A stretch of 63,720 bases of DNA, counting the filler, from Thraustochytrium aureum (taxonomy: Eukaryota): NCBI GenBank assembly GCA_012862495.1. It is 3 parts of 2 records of this genome, joined end to end, with 100 filler letters (N's around TTAATTAATTAA, not from the genome) between each part and the next. Parts side by side here need not be neighbours in the genome. Positions count along the whole stretch, not along the records: positions 1 to 30,312 come from BLSG01000105.1; 2 more parts are not named here. One strand, 5' to 3'. Below the pieces are notes generated by a model. It saw only the letters and a program-made list of their open reading frames with translations, was not told the origin of the DNA and ran no database searches. This document shows, piece by piece, positions 13,001-23,375 of this stretch (its first letter is position 1; each line of letters starts with the position of its first letter). A program made the position numbers and the translations under genes.

Positions 13001-14715
13001 CGCTCTGGACGTTCGGAATGACCCCGGTTGAGGAGTCTCAGTCGTTGGTCACTGTGTTCTCGTCTAACGGCGAGAAGCGTAGCTTTGAGCTCCCAGACCC
13101 TACGCTGAAGCTCAACTACTTTGATGGCCACGAGTACAAGGCTGGCGTGTCGACGCCATCGAGCACGTACGTGCGCACATTCTGCGTTGATTCGACCGGC
13201 AGCGCCGCGCAGCTGCACGAGTACCCTGCGCCCAAGTTCTTTGAGTGGAAAGGGCAGATGCTCGGGCTCTCCCAAACTTGCCCGGCAACGGGGGACTGCA
13301 AGTACATGGAGTTGCAAGGTTTCCGCGCGCTGCTCGATCGCACCGATGGCGCGGCCAACCCGGAGCTGAACGGTGTCTACATCCGGCGATACCACACCAC
13401 CGAGGGCGTCAAGGCGTTTCCAGGTCACCAAGTCTCGTTCGATGCCGAGTGCCGCGCTTTTGTTAGGGACCNNNNNNNNNNNNNNNNNNNNNNNNNNNNN
13501 NNNNNNNNNNNNNNNNNNNNNNNNNNNNNNNNNNNNNNNNNNNNNNNNNNNNNNNNNNNNNNNNNNNNNNNNNNNNNNNNNNNNNNNNNNNNNNNNNNNN
13601 NNNNNNNNNNNNNNNNNNNNNNNNNNNNNNNNNNNNNNNNNNNNNNNNNNNNNNNNNNNNNNNNNNNNNNNNNTGACGAGAGCGTAGCCAACGAAGCTGC
13701 GTGCATAAGCCTTTGCGACAGCGAGGCATTGTGCGAGGTGACCTACTTTCTCGAATACCTGGATTCCAACACGCAACAGCTTCGACGCAGGTGCACCTTC
13801 CACCAGAATGTGCACCTGTGTGGTGGCATCACCACCCGGACCCTTCAAGTTACGCAGGACTCGACGGTGTACCAAAAGCGGAGCTCCCAAAAGCCGAGCG
13901 CAGTTTGGTTCACTCGGGTCGATACAATGTTCCTTGCGCTGGCAAACCAGATTCACCTCTATCGCGACGACGCGACCCTGACATGGTACTTTGACAACGA
14001 CCTGGTGCCAGGCAACGGCCACTTTGCTTTCGTCACGGCAGCCGGGAGCGAGGAGGTGCCGCCGACGATGGGGTGGCGCTTTGTCTTGCACTTTGCTCAA
14101 GGGGTTTCGTTTCGACAGTTTTATCCGGTGACTGTCCTCGACTACGAGGATGCCTGCGAGGCTGGGGGCAACCTCCCGACGCTGAATGGCACGGCGGAGG
14201 AGCAAGGCTGCGCTTGCGGCGGCGACGGGAACCTCATGACCAACTGCTTTTCGACGGAGTGCGATGCATTTCCGATTCGTTTGAAAGAGGCGTACATTTG
14301 CGTTGAGGCCAACGCTTACCGCGGCCTGCTCATGAGCAACCAGTGCGACCCGGCAGAGCCCGCGCAGCTCTTCATTTTCAACAAGGCCCTTGCCCACCTC
14401 GAGGTAAAGATGCCGCTCTTCGGCAGCGATCCTGTGTCAGCTTGGCTCTCGTATGTAATCTACCTCAACGAGTTTGACGAACTCGCGCTCAAGCGGGTTT
14501 CGTCGGCGTACGAGTCGGTTGCGCAGGCTGTCGAGCTCAGCTTTACGGAGGAAGGGTACATTTGCGTCGCGTCTGGACTGCCCGAAATAACGTCGTACGA
14601 GGAGTCTCTCATCGACTTTAGGCGATGCATCTTTTTGGCAGCGGCGCCGGGTGATACGCCGCTGTTGCTCGACGCATCGTACAAGGAGCTGTGGTCCACC
14701 TTTACGGTCGTATAA
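4088..14715 (+). CDS. Giant multi-pass membrane protein: tandem tetraspanin-like TM region plus Cys-rich DCGG repeats, PT mucin stalk, EGF, hevein-like and PAN-like modules
   Basis: ORFs 3990-5576, 5558-10489, 8734-9555 and 10423-14715 join through single-base slips at ~5522, ~8866 and ~10413 and through N gaps. About 9 hydrophobic helices lie in the N-terminal region, with an extracellular-type repeat content after them. Confidence 0.75.
8780..10400 (+). repeat. Coding Ser/Pro/Thr (xSPT/xAPS) tetrapeptide repeat tract, mucin-like
   Basis: Translation reads SPT/APT/SPS units continuously, apart from one N gap. Confidence 0.9.
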
Positions 14716-15110
14716 TTTGCACTGCGTATGTATGTACTAGTAGGCCTACTTTGTACGAGTACTGGTAGACGTCGCCCTCTACAGGAAGCTGGCACGGTGG
14801 TCCACCAGAATACGGCCGTCTCCAAAATTCCTGCACTGACCGCAGCACGAGACCCTTGACCGCGCCCGGCAACGTGCGGCTCCATCGAAGCTGTGCACCG
14901 AAGCGCTGAGATGCTCCACAAAAACTGCACCAAAGCGCGTGAGATCGTCCAGATTTATAAAAAAAGAGGTGGCAGATAGTCTTGTCGTTTTCGTCCCGCG
15001 CCAAGACCTACTCCACAAAAATAAAAGGACAAGCGAGAGCAGAGGCAGCGTTGCCGAGCCCGGAGGCGCCTCACGCAAGTCAGGCCAGACACTTGCACAC
15101 AGCAAAATCG

Positions 15111-18100
15111 CTATTGCACTTGCTCAAGTGGACCCTGGTCTCGGCGTTGCACGTCCTCAAACTCGAGGATGAAAGTGCGGATTTCCTGCGCTTGGATACG
15201 AACAGTCCAGGTCCTCGTGTCGAGCGGAAAGCGCTCTCTTCGGTGCTGAGTCGCTTTACCCTTTGTTTTCCACGCGTAGGACAGCTTTTCTTCCACTGGC
15301 AGGTTGGCCGTTAGCGTGACCTCGCGCGCAGAAACGAGCCGCCGCCCAAGGGCCTCTTCGTCAAAGAGCTCGCTAAGGACGACGGTCGCAGGGCCGCACA
15401 GGCCGCTAGGCTCTTCTCCAGCGGCATAAATGTGGTCCAGTCGCAGAAGAACAGAGTTGTTCCCCCCAGTGACGCCGGCGTAGTTGGCAGTCAATGNNNN
15501 NNNNNNNNNNNNNNNNNNNNNNNNNNNNNNNNNNNNNNNNNNNNNNNNNNNNNNNNNNNNNNNNNNNNNNNNNNNNNNNNNNNNNNNNNNNNNNNNNNNN
15601 NNNNNNNNNNNNNNNNNNNNNNNNNNNNNNNNNNNNNNNNNNNNNNNNNNNNNNNNNNNNNNNNNNNNNNNNNNNNNNNNNNNNNNNNNNNNNNNNNNNN
15701 NNNNNNNNNNNNNNNNNNNNNNNNNNNNNNNNNNNNNNNNNNNNNNNNNNNNNNNNNNNNNNNNNNNNNNNNNNNNNNNNNNNNNNNNCGGGAACTGGGT
15801 GTGCTGGTTGACCTGACGCCTCGCAGCGAAGACCTGACTTGCGTTCCCAAAAACGAGCCGGTGCGAGCCACGCACGGCCAGGCCGTCGCAGTGGCAAGTC
15901 TCGGGCACAGTTTGGCACCCACACATCGTCTCGTTGAGGGGCTGCTCAAGGCCCTTGTTGTCGTCCACAAAGTTGCGTCGCAGCACCATGACCTCAATTT
16001 GACCAGAATGTAGCGACGTGCCACCCTGGGTCGCATCCGAGACGAGACACAAGTGCTCGTGCGTCTCGCGATCCTCAATGGCGAGCATCGAGGTTACCGG
16101 GTAAAAGTTTGAGGCGACGGGCTCTACGGTCTTGTACTCGGGAAACGGCCGCGGGCGGGCGTTGCGAACTCGGCGGACCATCTCTCGTCCGTTCGAGTCG
16201 GTGAAAAAGGTTTTTCCTGAGCGCAGCGACGTGACGTAGCGGACCACAAGCTCCTTCCCGAGCTGGCCTCGGTTGAGCCATGGCGTCTCAATTGGTGTGG
16301 GGCCAACGACGTAGTCCACCTCGAGGAAAGGCGAGCCGGCTCGCAGGCGCAAGGTGTGAGAGACCCAGGGCGCGATGGTCTGGCGCACCTCCGTGACGAG
16401 GGGGCCGCGCACAATCTCGGTCGGGATGACGTGTTTCGTGGGACCAGGGGCAAAGAGACTGGAGCTGTTCGGCCTGAACACGTAGGCCCCGCTCGTCTGC
16501 GGGTCGCAGCCAAAAGCGGTGCAGCCGCCCTCGCTCGACATGTACCACCCCCATTGGACGTCTAGCGCGGTCTTGGTGCCGCTTACCTCGTTGGTGAGCG
16601 CAACGACCCGGTTTGTCGTCGCGTGGAGAGTCAGTGTGAGCAGGCCGTTGGAGATTGAGGTGCCCGACTCCAGCGGAGCGTTGCTTGAGGGCCTTTGGCC
16701 TGCTTGGTCTTCCGGCTCTGATGAAGAGGCGATTGGGCCCTGCGCGGAAGGCGGCGCTAGGTCCACGTGCACCGCAGAGTAGCCGAGTGGGGGCACGTCG
16801 ACCTGGACCCAGAGCCAGTGGGTCGCGTTTGGAGCCATAGCCTCTTGCGCCGCGCTTATCGCCGAGGCGCTCATGTTGAACCTGTTCAGGTACATGGCCG
16901 GGAGCCTTGCGATCGACTTGTCGAGAGGAGTCAACTGAAACGGGAGGTCGGCGCCAGTCCCTTTCGCGTCGCCTTGGCTGGTAGCCGCGCGAACTGCCGA
17001 GACCGACGCCGCGACGGGCACTGCAACGAGGCCGCCGTGAACGGGTTGGCTGAGCTGGTTCCAGAGCACAATCGTGAAGCCTGCGCTGTCCTTGGCGGTC
17101 GAGGGCCAGCATATAGACACGTTAAGCGCCGGGCATAAGATGAGGCCGTCACTCGTCAGGCCGGCGAGGGAGGCAAGATCTGCGACCATCGCAGGCGCTG
17201 CTTCGGCCAGCCCCTCACTGATTCGCTGGGCGTAGTCGCCTTGCACGGCCTGTTTCTCGGTGCCCGAGATCCCGTCGTGGTGCGTCGCCACGGCCACGGC
17301 GCCCTCGAAGGAGTCGTAGGGCGCCGTCCCAACGACAGGCTCGCGGTGGCCTGACTGCGGCGGCTCGCGGCGGCGCGAGGCAAGGGCGTGGAGCTGCCGC
17401 GCAGCTTGGAGCGTCGCCGACGAGCGGCGCATCAAGCGCTTGAAGGCCACCTTGCTAGAGTAGTAGCCGGTCCACAGGTCATGGTCGCCTCCCTGGTACG
17501 GCATGAGGTCGTCGGTGCGGACCTCCCAGACGACCTCGTTGTGGCTCGCCTTGGCGTCAACGTACATTCCCGGAGTTGAGTAAAACATGTTGATTCGCCC
17601 GTCGCGGTTGACGTGGTGAATGAGCGCGTCCATGTTCCGGTACCAGGTGGCTGCGTTTTTGAAGGTAAAGTCCATCCCACAGGCCCACAGAATGTGAGGC
17701 GTTTGAAAGGAGCTGCGCTGAGCCACGGCTTGCTGGACCACGCGCTCGACCCACTCGCCGACGTTGTAGCCGTGGCGAGCAGGGTTGTCCACAACCTGTT
17801 CCCTGTCGTAGTCCTCAAAGTCAACAGGGCAGACGTAGTGGCCGCCGCCGTTGTTGCCCCAGAGCGGGCTGCCGAGAATCTGGGCTTGGGCGCCAAGCGA
17901 CTTGCTGCCCTGCCATATCCACTCTCCTCGGTGGTCCTTGAACCGCTCGCCGCGCTCCTGGGGGTCCATTCTGCCCCAAAACATGGACGGCATGCCCGCC
18001 TCAGCGCCGAGGAGCCATGCCTGGGTGTTGGTGTGGCCGAACGGGTCGATGGACCATGTCGCTCGCGGTGCGGCCGCGGGGCCAAACTCCTTGAGGATGA

Positions 18101-18560
18101 ACTGGTGCCCGCGCGCGGTCTGGTCGATCATTTCCACATAGTAGGGTGTCGCTTCGTCGTGCATGCACCAGCCGCCGTTGACGAACTCGAGTTGCTTGCG
18201 ATGGACAAGCTCTCGCGTGAGAGATTTGCGGGCCTCGCTCTGTTCTTCCCACCAGCGCGCGAAGAAGGCCATCTCCACGTACACAAACTTTCGATCTGGG
18301 TTCTCCGCGAGCCTGTCCACTAGCGTGTCCAAGATAAACCGCACTTGCTTGACGAAGTACTCGTCCACGGTCATCAGCCACCCGGTGTCATCGTGCGTGT
18401 GCAGCACCACATGCAGATTGATCCTGCCATCCTCCGTTGGCCCGGCGCTCGTGTTGTACCCTGCGGCCGCCGTGCCGCGTCCAGACCCTCCTCTCGCATC
18501 CGCCACCGCCCCAGCGAGGGCCACCGCGGCGGCCCAGAGCACCGAAGCTCTGGTCCACAT
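15111..18560 (-). CDS. Lysosomal-type alpha-mannosidase, glycoside hydrolase family 38
   Basis: Signal peptide, HTHDDTGWL, GGWCMHDEA, catalytic WSIDPFGH, WTGYYSS, HHDGISGT, SGAYVFRP and FTDSNGRE; one internal N gap. Confidence 0.95.
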   Translation of the reverse strand: MWTRASVLWAAAVALAGAVADARGGSGRGTAAAGYNTSAGPTEDGRINLHVVLHTHDDTGWLMTVDEYFVKQVRFILDTLVDRLAENPDRKFVYVEMAFFARWWEEQSEARKSLTRELVHRKQLEFVNGGWCMHDEATPYYVEMIDQTARGHQFILKEFGPAAAPRATWSIDPFGHTNTQAWLLGAEAGMPSMFWGRMDPQERGERFKDHRGEWIWQGSKSLGAQAQILGSPLWGNNGGGHYVCPVDFEDYDREQVVDNPARHGYNVGEWVERVVQQAVAQRSSFQTPHILWACGMDFTFKNAATWYRNMDALIHHVNRDGRINMFYSTPGMYVDAKASHNEVVWEVRTDDLMPYQGGDHDLWTGYYSSKVAFKRLMRRSSATLQAARQLHALASRRREPPQSGHREPVVGTAPYDSFEGAVAVATHHDGISGTEKQAVQGDYAQRISEGLAEAAPAMVADLASLAGLTSDGLILCPALNVSICWPSTAKDSAGFTIVLWNQLSQPVHGGLVAVPVAASVSAVRAATSQGDAKGTGADLPFQLTPLDKSIARLPAMYLNRFNMSASAISAAQEAMAPNATHWLWVQVDVPPLGYSAVHVDLAPPSAQGPIASSSEPEDQAGQRPSSNAPLESGTSISNGLLTLTLHATTNRVVALTNEVSGTKTALDVQWGWYMSSEGGCTAFGCDPQTSGAYVFRPNSSSLFAPGPTKHVIPTEIVRGPLVTEVRQTIAPWVSHTLRLRAGSPFLEVDYVVGPTPIETPWLNRGQLGKELVVRYVTSLRSGKTFFTDSNGREMVRRVRNARPRPFPEYKTVEPVASNFYPVTSMLAIEDRETHEHLCLVSDATQGGTSLHSGQIEVMVLRRNFVDDNKGLEQPLNETMCGCQTVPETCHCDGLAVRGSHRLVFGNASQVFAARRQVNQHTQFPXXXXXXXXXXXXXXXXXXXXXXXXXXXXXXXXXXXXXXXXXXXXXXXXXXXXXXXXXXXXXXXXXXXXXXXXXXXXXXXXXXXXXXXXXXXXXXXXXXLTANYAGVTGGNNSVLLRLDHIYAAGEEPSGLCGPATVVLSELFDEEALGRRLVSAREVTLTANLPVEEKLSYAWKTKGKATQHRRERFPLDTRTWTVRIQAQEIRTFILEFEDVQRRDQGPLEQVQ

Positions 18561-18751
18561 TTTTCACCCCAAACCGCCTTGGACGAGGAGGAAGGAGATC
18601 CCCGCACCCAGCAACAACGACAGCAAAAGACAANNNNNNNNNNNNNNNNNNNNNNNNNNNNNNNNNNNNNNNNNNNNNNNNNNNNNNNNNNNNNNNNNNN
18701 NNNNNNNNNNNNNNNNNNNNNNNNNNNNNNNNNNNNNNNNNNNNNNAAGTC

Positions 18752-18752
18752 G

Positions 18753-18784
<32 letters not shown>

Positions 18785-18785
18785 C
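18752..18785. repeat. (GCCT)n tetranucleotide microsatellite upstream of the GH38 gene
   Basis: About 8 copies; similar tracts at 18-47, 27199-27223 and 38427-38478. Confidence 0.9.
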
Positions 18786-19192
18786 CGCGGAGCAGGTCTC
18801 GAGTGCTGCGGCGCCGCTCGATCGGTGTCTGCGAGTGTCCCAAAAACGAGTCTATCAAAAAGGTGGGCCAAAACCGGCCAAAACCCACCCCAGCACAATC
18901 AATCTTCTTTGCTCGCTCGTCGCGGCGCTCGTCGCGGCGCTCGTTGCGGCTTTGCGCGCGACGACCCTGCTCGGCGAGATTGGAGGCGAGCGAGGACGGC
19001 GCCTCGCGCTGTTCGGCTGCGACGGCAGCGAGAAGCGTTTGTTTTCGGACTTTGATCTAGCTGCCGTGACGCGTGTCGAGGATGTGCTGCTTGCGTCGCA
19101 GCAGTTTTGCGCTGACGGCGTTCTCATCAGAGCATGGTCCCGTCTGAACGCAAGTTGCGCGGCCCAGAATGCGTGCAGGTGGCGCAGTGCGG

Positions 19193-19930
19193 TCAAGTGA
19201 CGGGGACACGGTCCCACGCGAGGTTGAGCGAGCCACACCAGAACGCTTCAAACTGCTCATACGTGAGCTTGCCGTCGTTGTCGGCGTCCATGAAGGCAAA
19301 AATGGCGACAAGCTCGTTGGAGTTAAACTCGGTGCCGAGCTCCTCGGCCACCATGGCGAGCTGGGCGATGCTGAGAGAGCCGGACCCGCCGTGGTCGTAG
19401 CGGTTGAATACTTGGCGGACAAAAACGAGGTCGTCAGTGTGGGTGCGAACGATCCTTTCGTGCAGGTCCTTGAGCAGGCTCGAGGCTGAACGGGAAACCG
19501 CGAGCGACAGGATACCGCACGCAATAAGCAGTAGGCCGAGGACGTAGCCGGCCGTGTTTCGGATGGTGAGGTGCAGGCCGCCGCACAGGCCGTAAAACAC
19601 CCCCCGACCCCACGTGCGGTTGAGCACCTTGATCCACACGTTGAGCCACTTGCGAGACCGCGGGGAGAGCGCCACCTGCAGCTCGACTAAGGCGCCGAGC
19701 AGCGCAAATGCAGCCGCATACCCAGTGTTGATCACCTGAAACGGCTCCAGCTGGAACAGCTCTGCAAACACTGCAACCGCGTCAAAGACCAGCGCCGACA
19801 AGCACACTGCCACGCACGCAATCTTGAGCCACGCAGGCCCCTGCTCCGCCCGCTGCTTGGCCGCCTCGAGCTGCGGCCTGACGTTGCAACTTTCCGCGAG
19901 CAGCGCAGCGTCGCGGTCCATCGCGTCCAT
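19193..19930 (-). CDS. COPI-associated (TVP15-like) membrane protein fused to two EF-hands
   Basis: Four hydrophobic segments with the WGRGVFY motif, then EF loops DHGGSGSLSIAQL and DADNDGKLTYEQF. Confidence 0.8.
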   Translation of the reverse strand: MDAMDRDAALLAESCNVRPQLEAAKQRAEQGPAWLKIACVAVCLSALVFDAVAVFAELFQLEPFQVINTGYAAAFALLGALVELQVALSPRSRKWLNVWIKVLNRTWGRGVFYGLCGGLHLTIRNTAGYVLGLLLIACGILSLAVSRSASSLLKDLHERIVRTHTDDLVFVRQVFNRYDHGGSGSLSIAQLAMVAEELGTEFNSNELVAIFAFMDADNDGKLTYEQFEAFWCGSLNLAWDRVPVT

Positions 19931-21079
19931 CCTTGAGAGCACCTTTGGCGGCCTCTGGCCGGAGCGCAGGCCTGCTCTACGCAATGTTTGCGATGGCGAT
20001 GCCAGCCCTGCGCACGCGCCTGCCGCGGCCGAGTGCCGCTCTGCAACGCTCGGCTGACCATGTCATCATCATGTATGTCATCCTCCTGAACAAGATCGAT
20101 TCAATGGAAATCAATCTTGATGAAAGATCAATTGCAAGTCCGACCCATGTCATCATGGCGCAGCTCTGCTTCGCGGGTTCCCTTTTTCCACGGTGTAAAG
20201 CTGTTAAACCTGCATTGCAGCTTTTAAACCCGCCTAACAGCCGCAGGCGATTCCGTCACTGTTACAGGTCCTCCACACAGCTGATACTAAACCCTCGTAA
20301 GGGGCGATCTGTCTGTTCCGCGAGTCTGTTCTGCGGCGTTTCGAGGTAGGGGTTGAGAAAGTTGCCGGCAAGAAACGCACCGCGAACACAGTTTCGCCTC
20401 TCATGGCCTCTACGCCGCGGCTCTTGAGGCTTTCCCCTCTCAAGCCGGGCGCTTTTTCATGAGAGGAGGACGGTGCTTTATCTCAGTGGAATTTATTTGA
20501 TTGGAACGTGGTTTTTGGAGAAAACGAGCTCTTTGGGGGACCCGCTCTAGCTATCTCCGAGGGGGCACGGGGCAGTACACATCGAAATCCCGGTAAATAA
20601 AACTGGGATTTATTCCTACATTGCCGCTTACGCAGGGATTTCACCCCCGAATAAATCGCATTCTGCCCCCTTCACGAATTTCTGGCCGGTGTTCCCGCGA
20701 GTCCTACCGTTCACGCTAGCCGAGTGCTACGGGGAGCATCTGGGCGTTAAGAGGAGGCCAGGAAAAAGCTCGCCGCCCCCCACACAGCTTCCAAGCAGGA
20801 CTTGAGCGTGGGCGCAGCACCGCGCGGGGCTCTGAGGGGGAATCGCGCGGTTTCGGGTTGCAGCGTTGTGAGGCGGACCTCGAGAATCAGTACTACTAAC
20901 AACTCGAGCAGCGGCGCGACAGCGGAGGGAGGAGCTGCGCTCTCTCGCTGCTCGACGGGCAGACCCCGAACCGAGAGCGAGCGCGCGGCATCGAGACGGC
21001 AGCCAGAGAGCGGCGAGCAGCAACGGCAAGCGACGACGAGAGGCAGCGAGGAGCAGGCGAGGCGAGCGCTGGGAGGAGG

Positions 21080-21514
21080 ATGTGCGTGTCGCAGAAGGCG
21101 GGGGTGGAAGTCGACTCGTTCAAGATGACTCCAACCCGTTTCGCTGGTGGACCGGCAAGGCCTCCTGTGGCGCAGCCGAGCGCAAGAGCACTGCGGATGT
21201 CGACCGAGGTTCCTGTGGCCACCGTTGGGGACATGATCTGGCTGATGGCGCTCGACAACACGGACTTGCACGCCGTTCTCGACGATGTCAGGTTCCAGCC
21301 CAACCCGAGCGTGCTTGAGGCCGTGTTCACAGAGGCGCTCACTGAAAACCAGGAGGAGCTCGTCCAAATTATCGAGCACGCCTTTCCTGGTGTCAAGGCC
21401 GAGTTTCTTCGGGACGACCCGCGCGGCCCGTACTTTGCCAAGCTCCGTCCGCAGTTGTTCAGGGGCCTGGATCACATCCTCAGCAGGCGTTTCGCGGATG
21501 TTCGCCGTCCCTGA
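21080..21514 (+). CDS. Small hypothetical protein
   Basis: 144-aa ATG ORF with a globular, acidic helical core and host-like codon usage; no recognised motif. Confidence 0.5.
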   Translation: MCVSQKAGVEVDSFKMTPTRFAGGPARPPVAQPSARALRMSTEVPVATVGDMIWLMALDNTDLHAVLDDVRFQPNPSVLEAVFTEALTENQEELVQIIEHAFPGVKAEFLRDDPRGPYFAKLRPQLFRGLDHILSRRFADVRRP

Positions 21515-21861
21515 TTCGTGCGCCACCGACAGACGTGTTCCCTCTCGGTCCCTTCCCATCTTCCCGTCCCGCTCCCGAACCGCGGCGCCTCCAGCTGTTG
21601 TAGGAAACCGCTGGGGAAGCGCAGCACGCGCAGCACGCACACGCACGTGGACAAACAAACCCTTCAACTTGCATCATGACCTTCTTCTCAGTACAAAGCC
21701 CAAAATTGACCATCTCATGTTTCCCCCATGCTGCTGTTGTTGTTGTTGTTGTTGTTGTTGGTGCTGGTGGTTCTGCTGCTCCTGGTAGCTCTACTGCCTG
21801 AGAGGTGCTGTTTGGCAGATTCTGAGGAACTGGCCGCCGGCAGGACGAGCCCTGGGTCCCG

Positions 21862-22609
21862 CTACTTGCATTCGGCTAACTGCGCGCCGCGGGAGATAAA
21901 GCAGATTCGGCCGTCCACTGACTCGCGTAGCGCGCCGTCGCCGCCGATGTCCACCGCCGCGTGATAGACACGCGTGCTGTCGAAAACGATCACATCTCCG
22001 GGAACCATGTCCTTGAAGTAGACCCACTCGTGCCTCTCTGAAAAAGCGAGACCTGTGCGGTTGTGCTCGAGCCCCTTGTACCCGCGCACGTCCCGCTCCA
22101 TGTCGACCGAGCTCGGCAGCACAAGCGCCAGGGGGAAACGCGTCACTGGTGCCAACGGAGTCCAGAAATTGAAGTGCCCGTCTTTGCAAGCCCCTTCGAG
22201 CCCNNNNNNNNNNNNNNNNNNNNNNNNNNNNACGTGGGAGGCGTACGCTTGGGCGCCGAGCGGCAGCCTGTGGTACATGCTGCGGAAGCGGTAACCGACC
22301 CTTCCCAAGCAGGGGCTTGCCACTCCCTGAGCAGGCCGGCCACCGCCTCCGCCAGCGGCTTTGCCGCTCCGGTGTCCTGGTCCAGCTTCCGCCCTGCTTG
22401 CCCCCATCCGTCCTGCTTCACCCCAGAGCCCAGGCCCTGACCTGCTGGACGCCGCGCAGGCACACCATGCCATTCTGCGCCAGTGCGGCCCTCGCGCAAG
22501 GTGCCACCGACGACAAGGGCCGGCTAGCCGTGTTTAGGCCGGCTAGCGCGGTCAGCCGCACGGCGTGCCACCCGTCGGCGTACTCCACCCTCGCGGTAAG
22601 GCTCGCCAT
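21862..22609 (-). CDS. CmcJ/AsaB/NvfI-family Fe(II)/2OG oxidoreductase
   Basis: NFWTPL..V..FPLAL, HEWVYF.DM.PGDVIVFDS, HAAV and RESVDGR motifs. H-V at the gap edge is the probable start of HxD. Two G-run slips at ~22435 and ~22326. Confidence 0.7.
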
Positions 22610-22890
22610 CGCGCTCCCCGACGCTCAAAGCATTTCGACACTCACTCGCTCGTCGATTCTGGCCGTGGAGCTTTGAGGATGTTGCAGAGCTTTTCGGTAG
22701 TGCGGAGGACGAGCCGGCGATGCGGCCTGCAACGAGCCGCTGCAGCGCAGCTCGACGCGCATGCGCAGGAGCTGCGCAGCTCGTTGCGGACGGGGGCCTG
22801 AGAAGGTGCTCGCGGAAGTCTGCAGCACAGCGCGCAGCCCAGAGCAGCCCGCGCACCTCCGCGCAACCTGTCCGCTGGCAGCTCGTCGAG

Positions 22891-22930
22891 CGGAAGCAAG
22901 CGGAAGCAAGCGGAAGCAAGCGGAAGCAAG
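22891..22930. repeat. (CGGAAGCAAG)x4 tandem repeat
   Basis: Four perfect 10-bp copies. Confidence 0.95.
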
Positions 22931-23375
22931 CTTGGGCTCTCCACCTGCACTGTAGCAAGCTTGAAGCGATCGGCGAAGCTGGACGCGTTGCGGCACCGAC
23001 GCCGTCGGGGCAAAACCAATGCACGCCTGCCTGCCGGACTCTCGCAAACCAGCTTTGACAACCAGGTGCGCCAGTCGCGCCAGCCAACATCGCTGCGCCA
23101 GGCCAGGCCAGGCCCGGCCAGGCCGCGACGTCGGCCAAGCCGCTGCGGGGCCTGCCAGCGAGGCCATCAAGTTTTGCCGCTGCTTCGTTATTGCCAAGAG
23201 ATCCGTTGCGCACACAAGATTGCAATTCCTCGATCGATCGAGTTGCGCGCGGTGTCCGACAGACTGCGCGCAAAGCGAGAAGAGCTGGGCCGAACGCCCT
23301 GCAGAAGAGCGCCGCGCAACGTGGACCTTGGCTTGGTTGCCCGCCGAAGGCGCTCGCGCTGCGCGGCGGGCCTAA

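Noticed and set aside
20505..20560. U2-like snRNA (TTTTTGGAG Sm-like site)
   Set aside because: No branch-point-pairing GTGTAGTA or other conserved U2 5' sequence is present.
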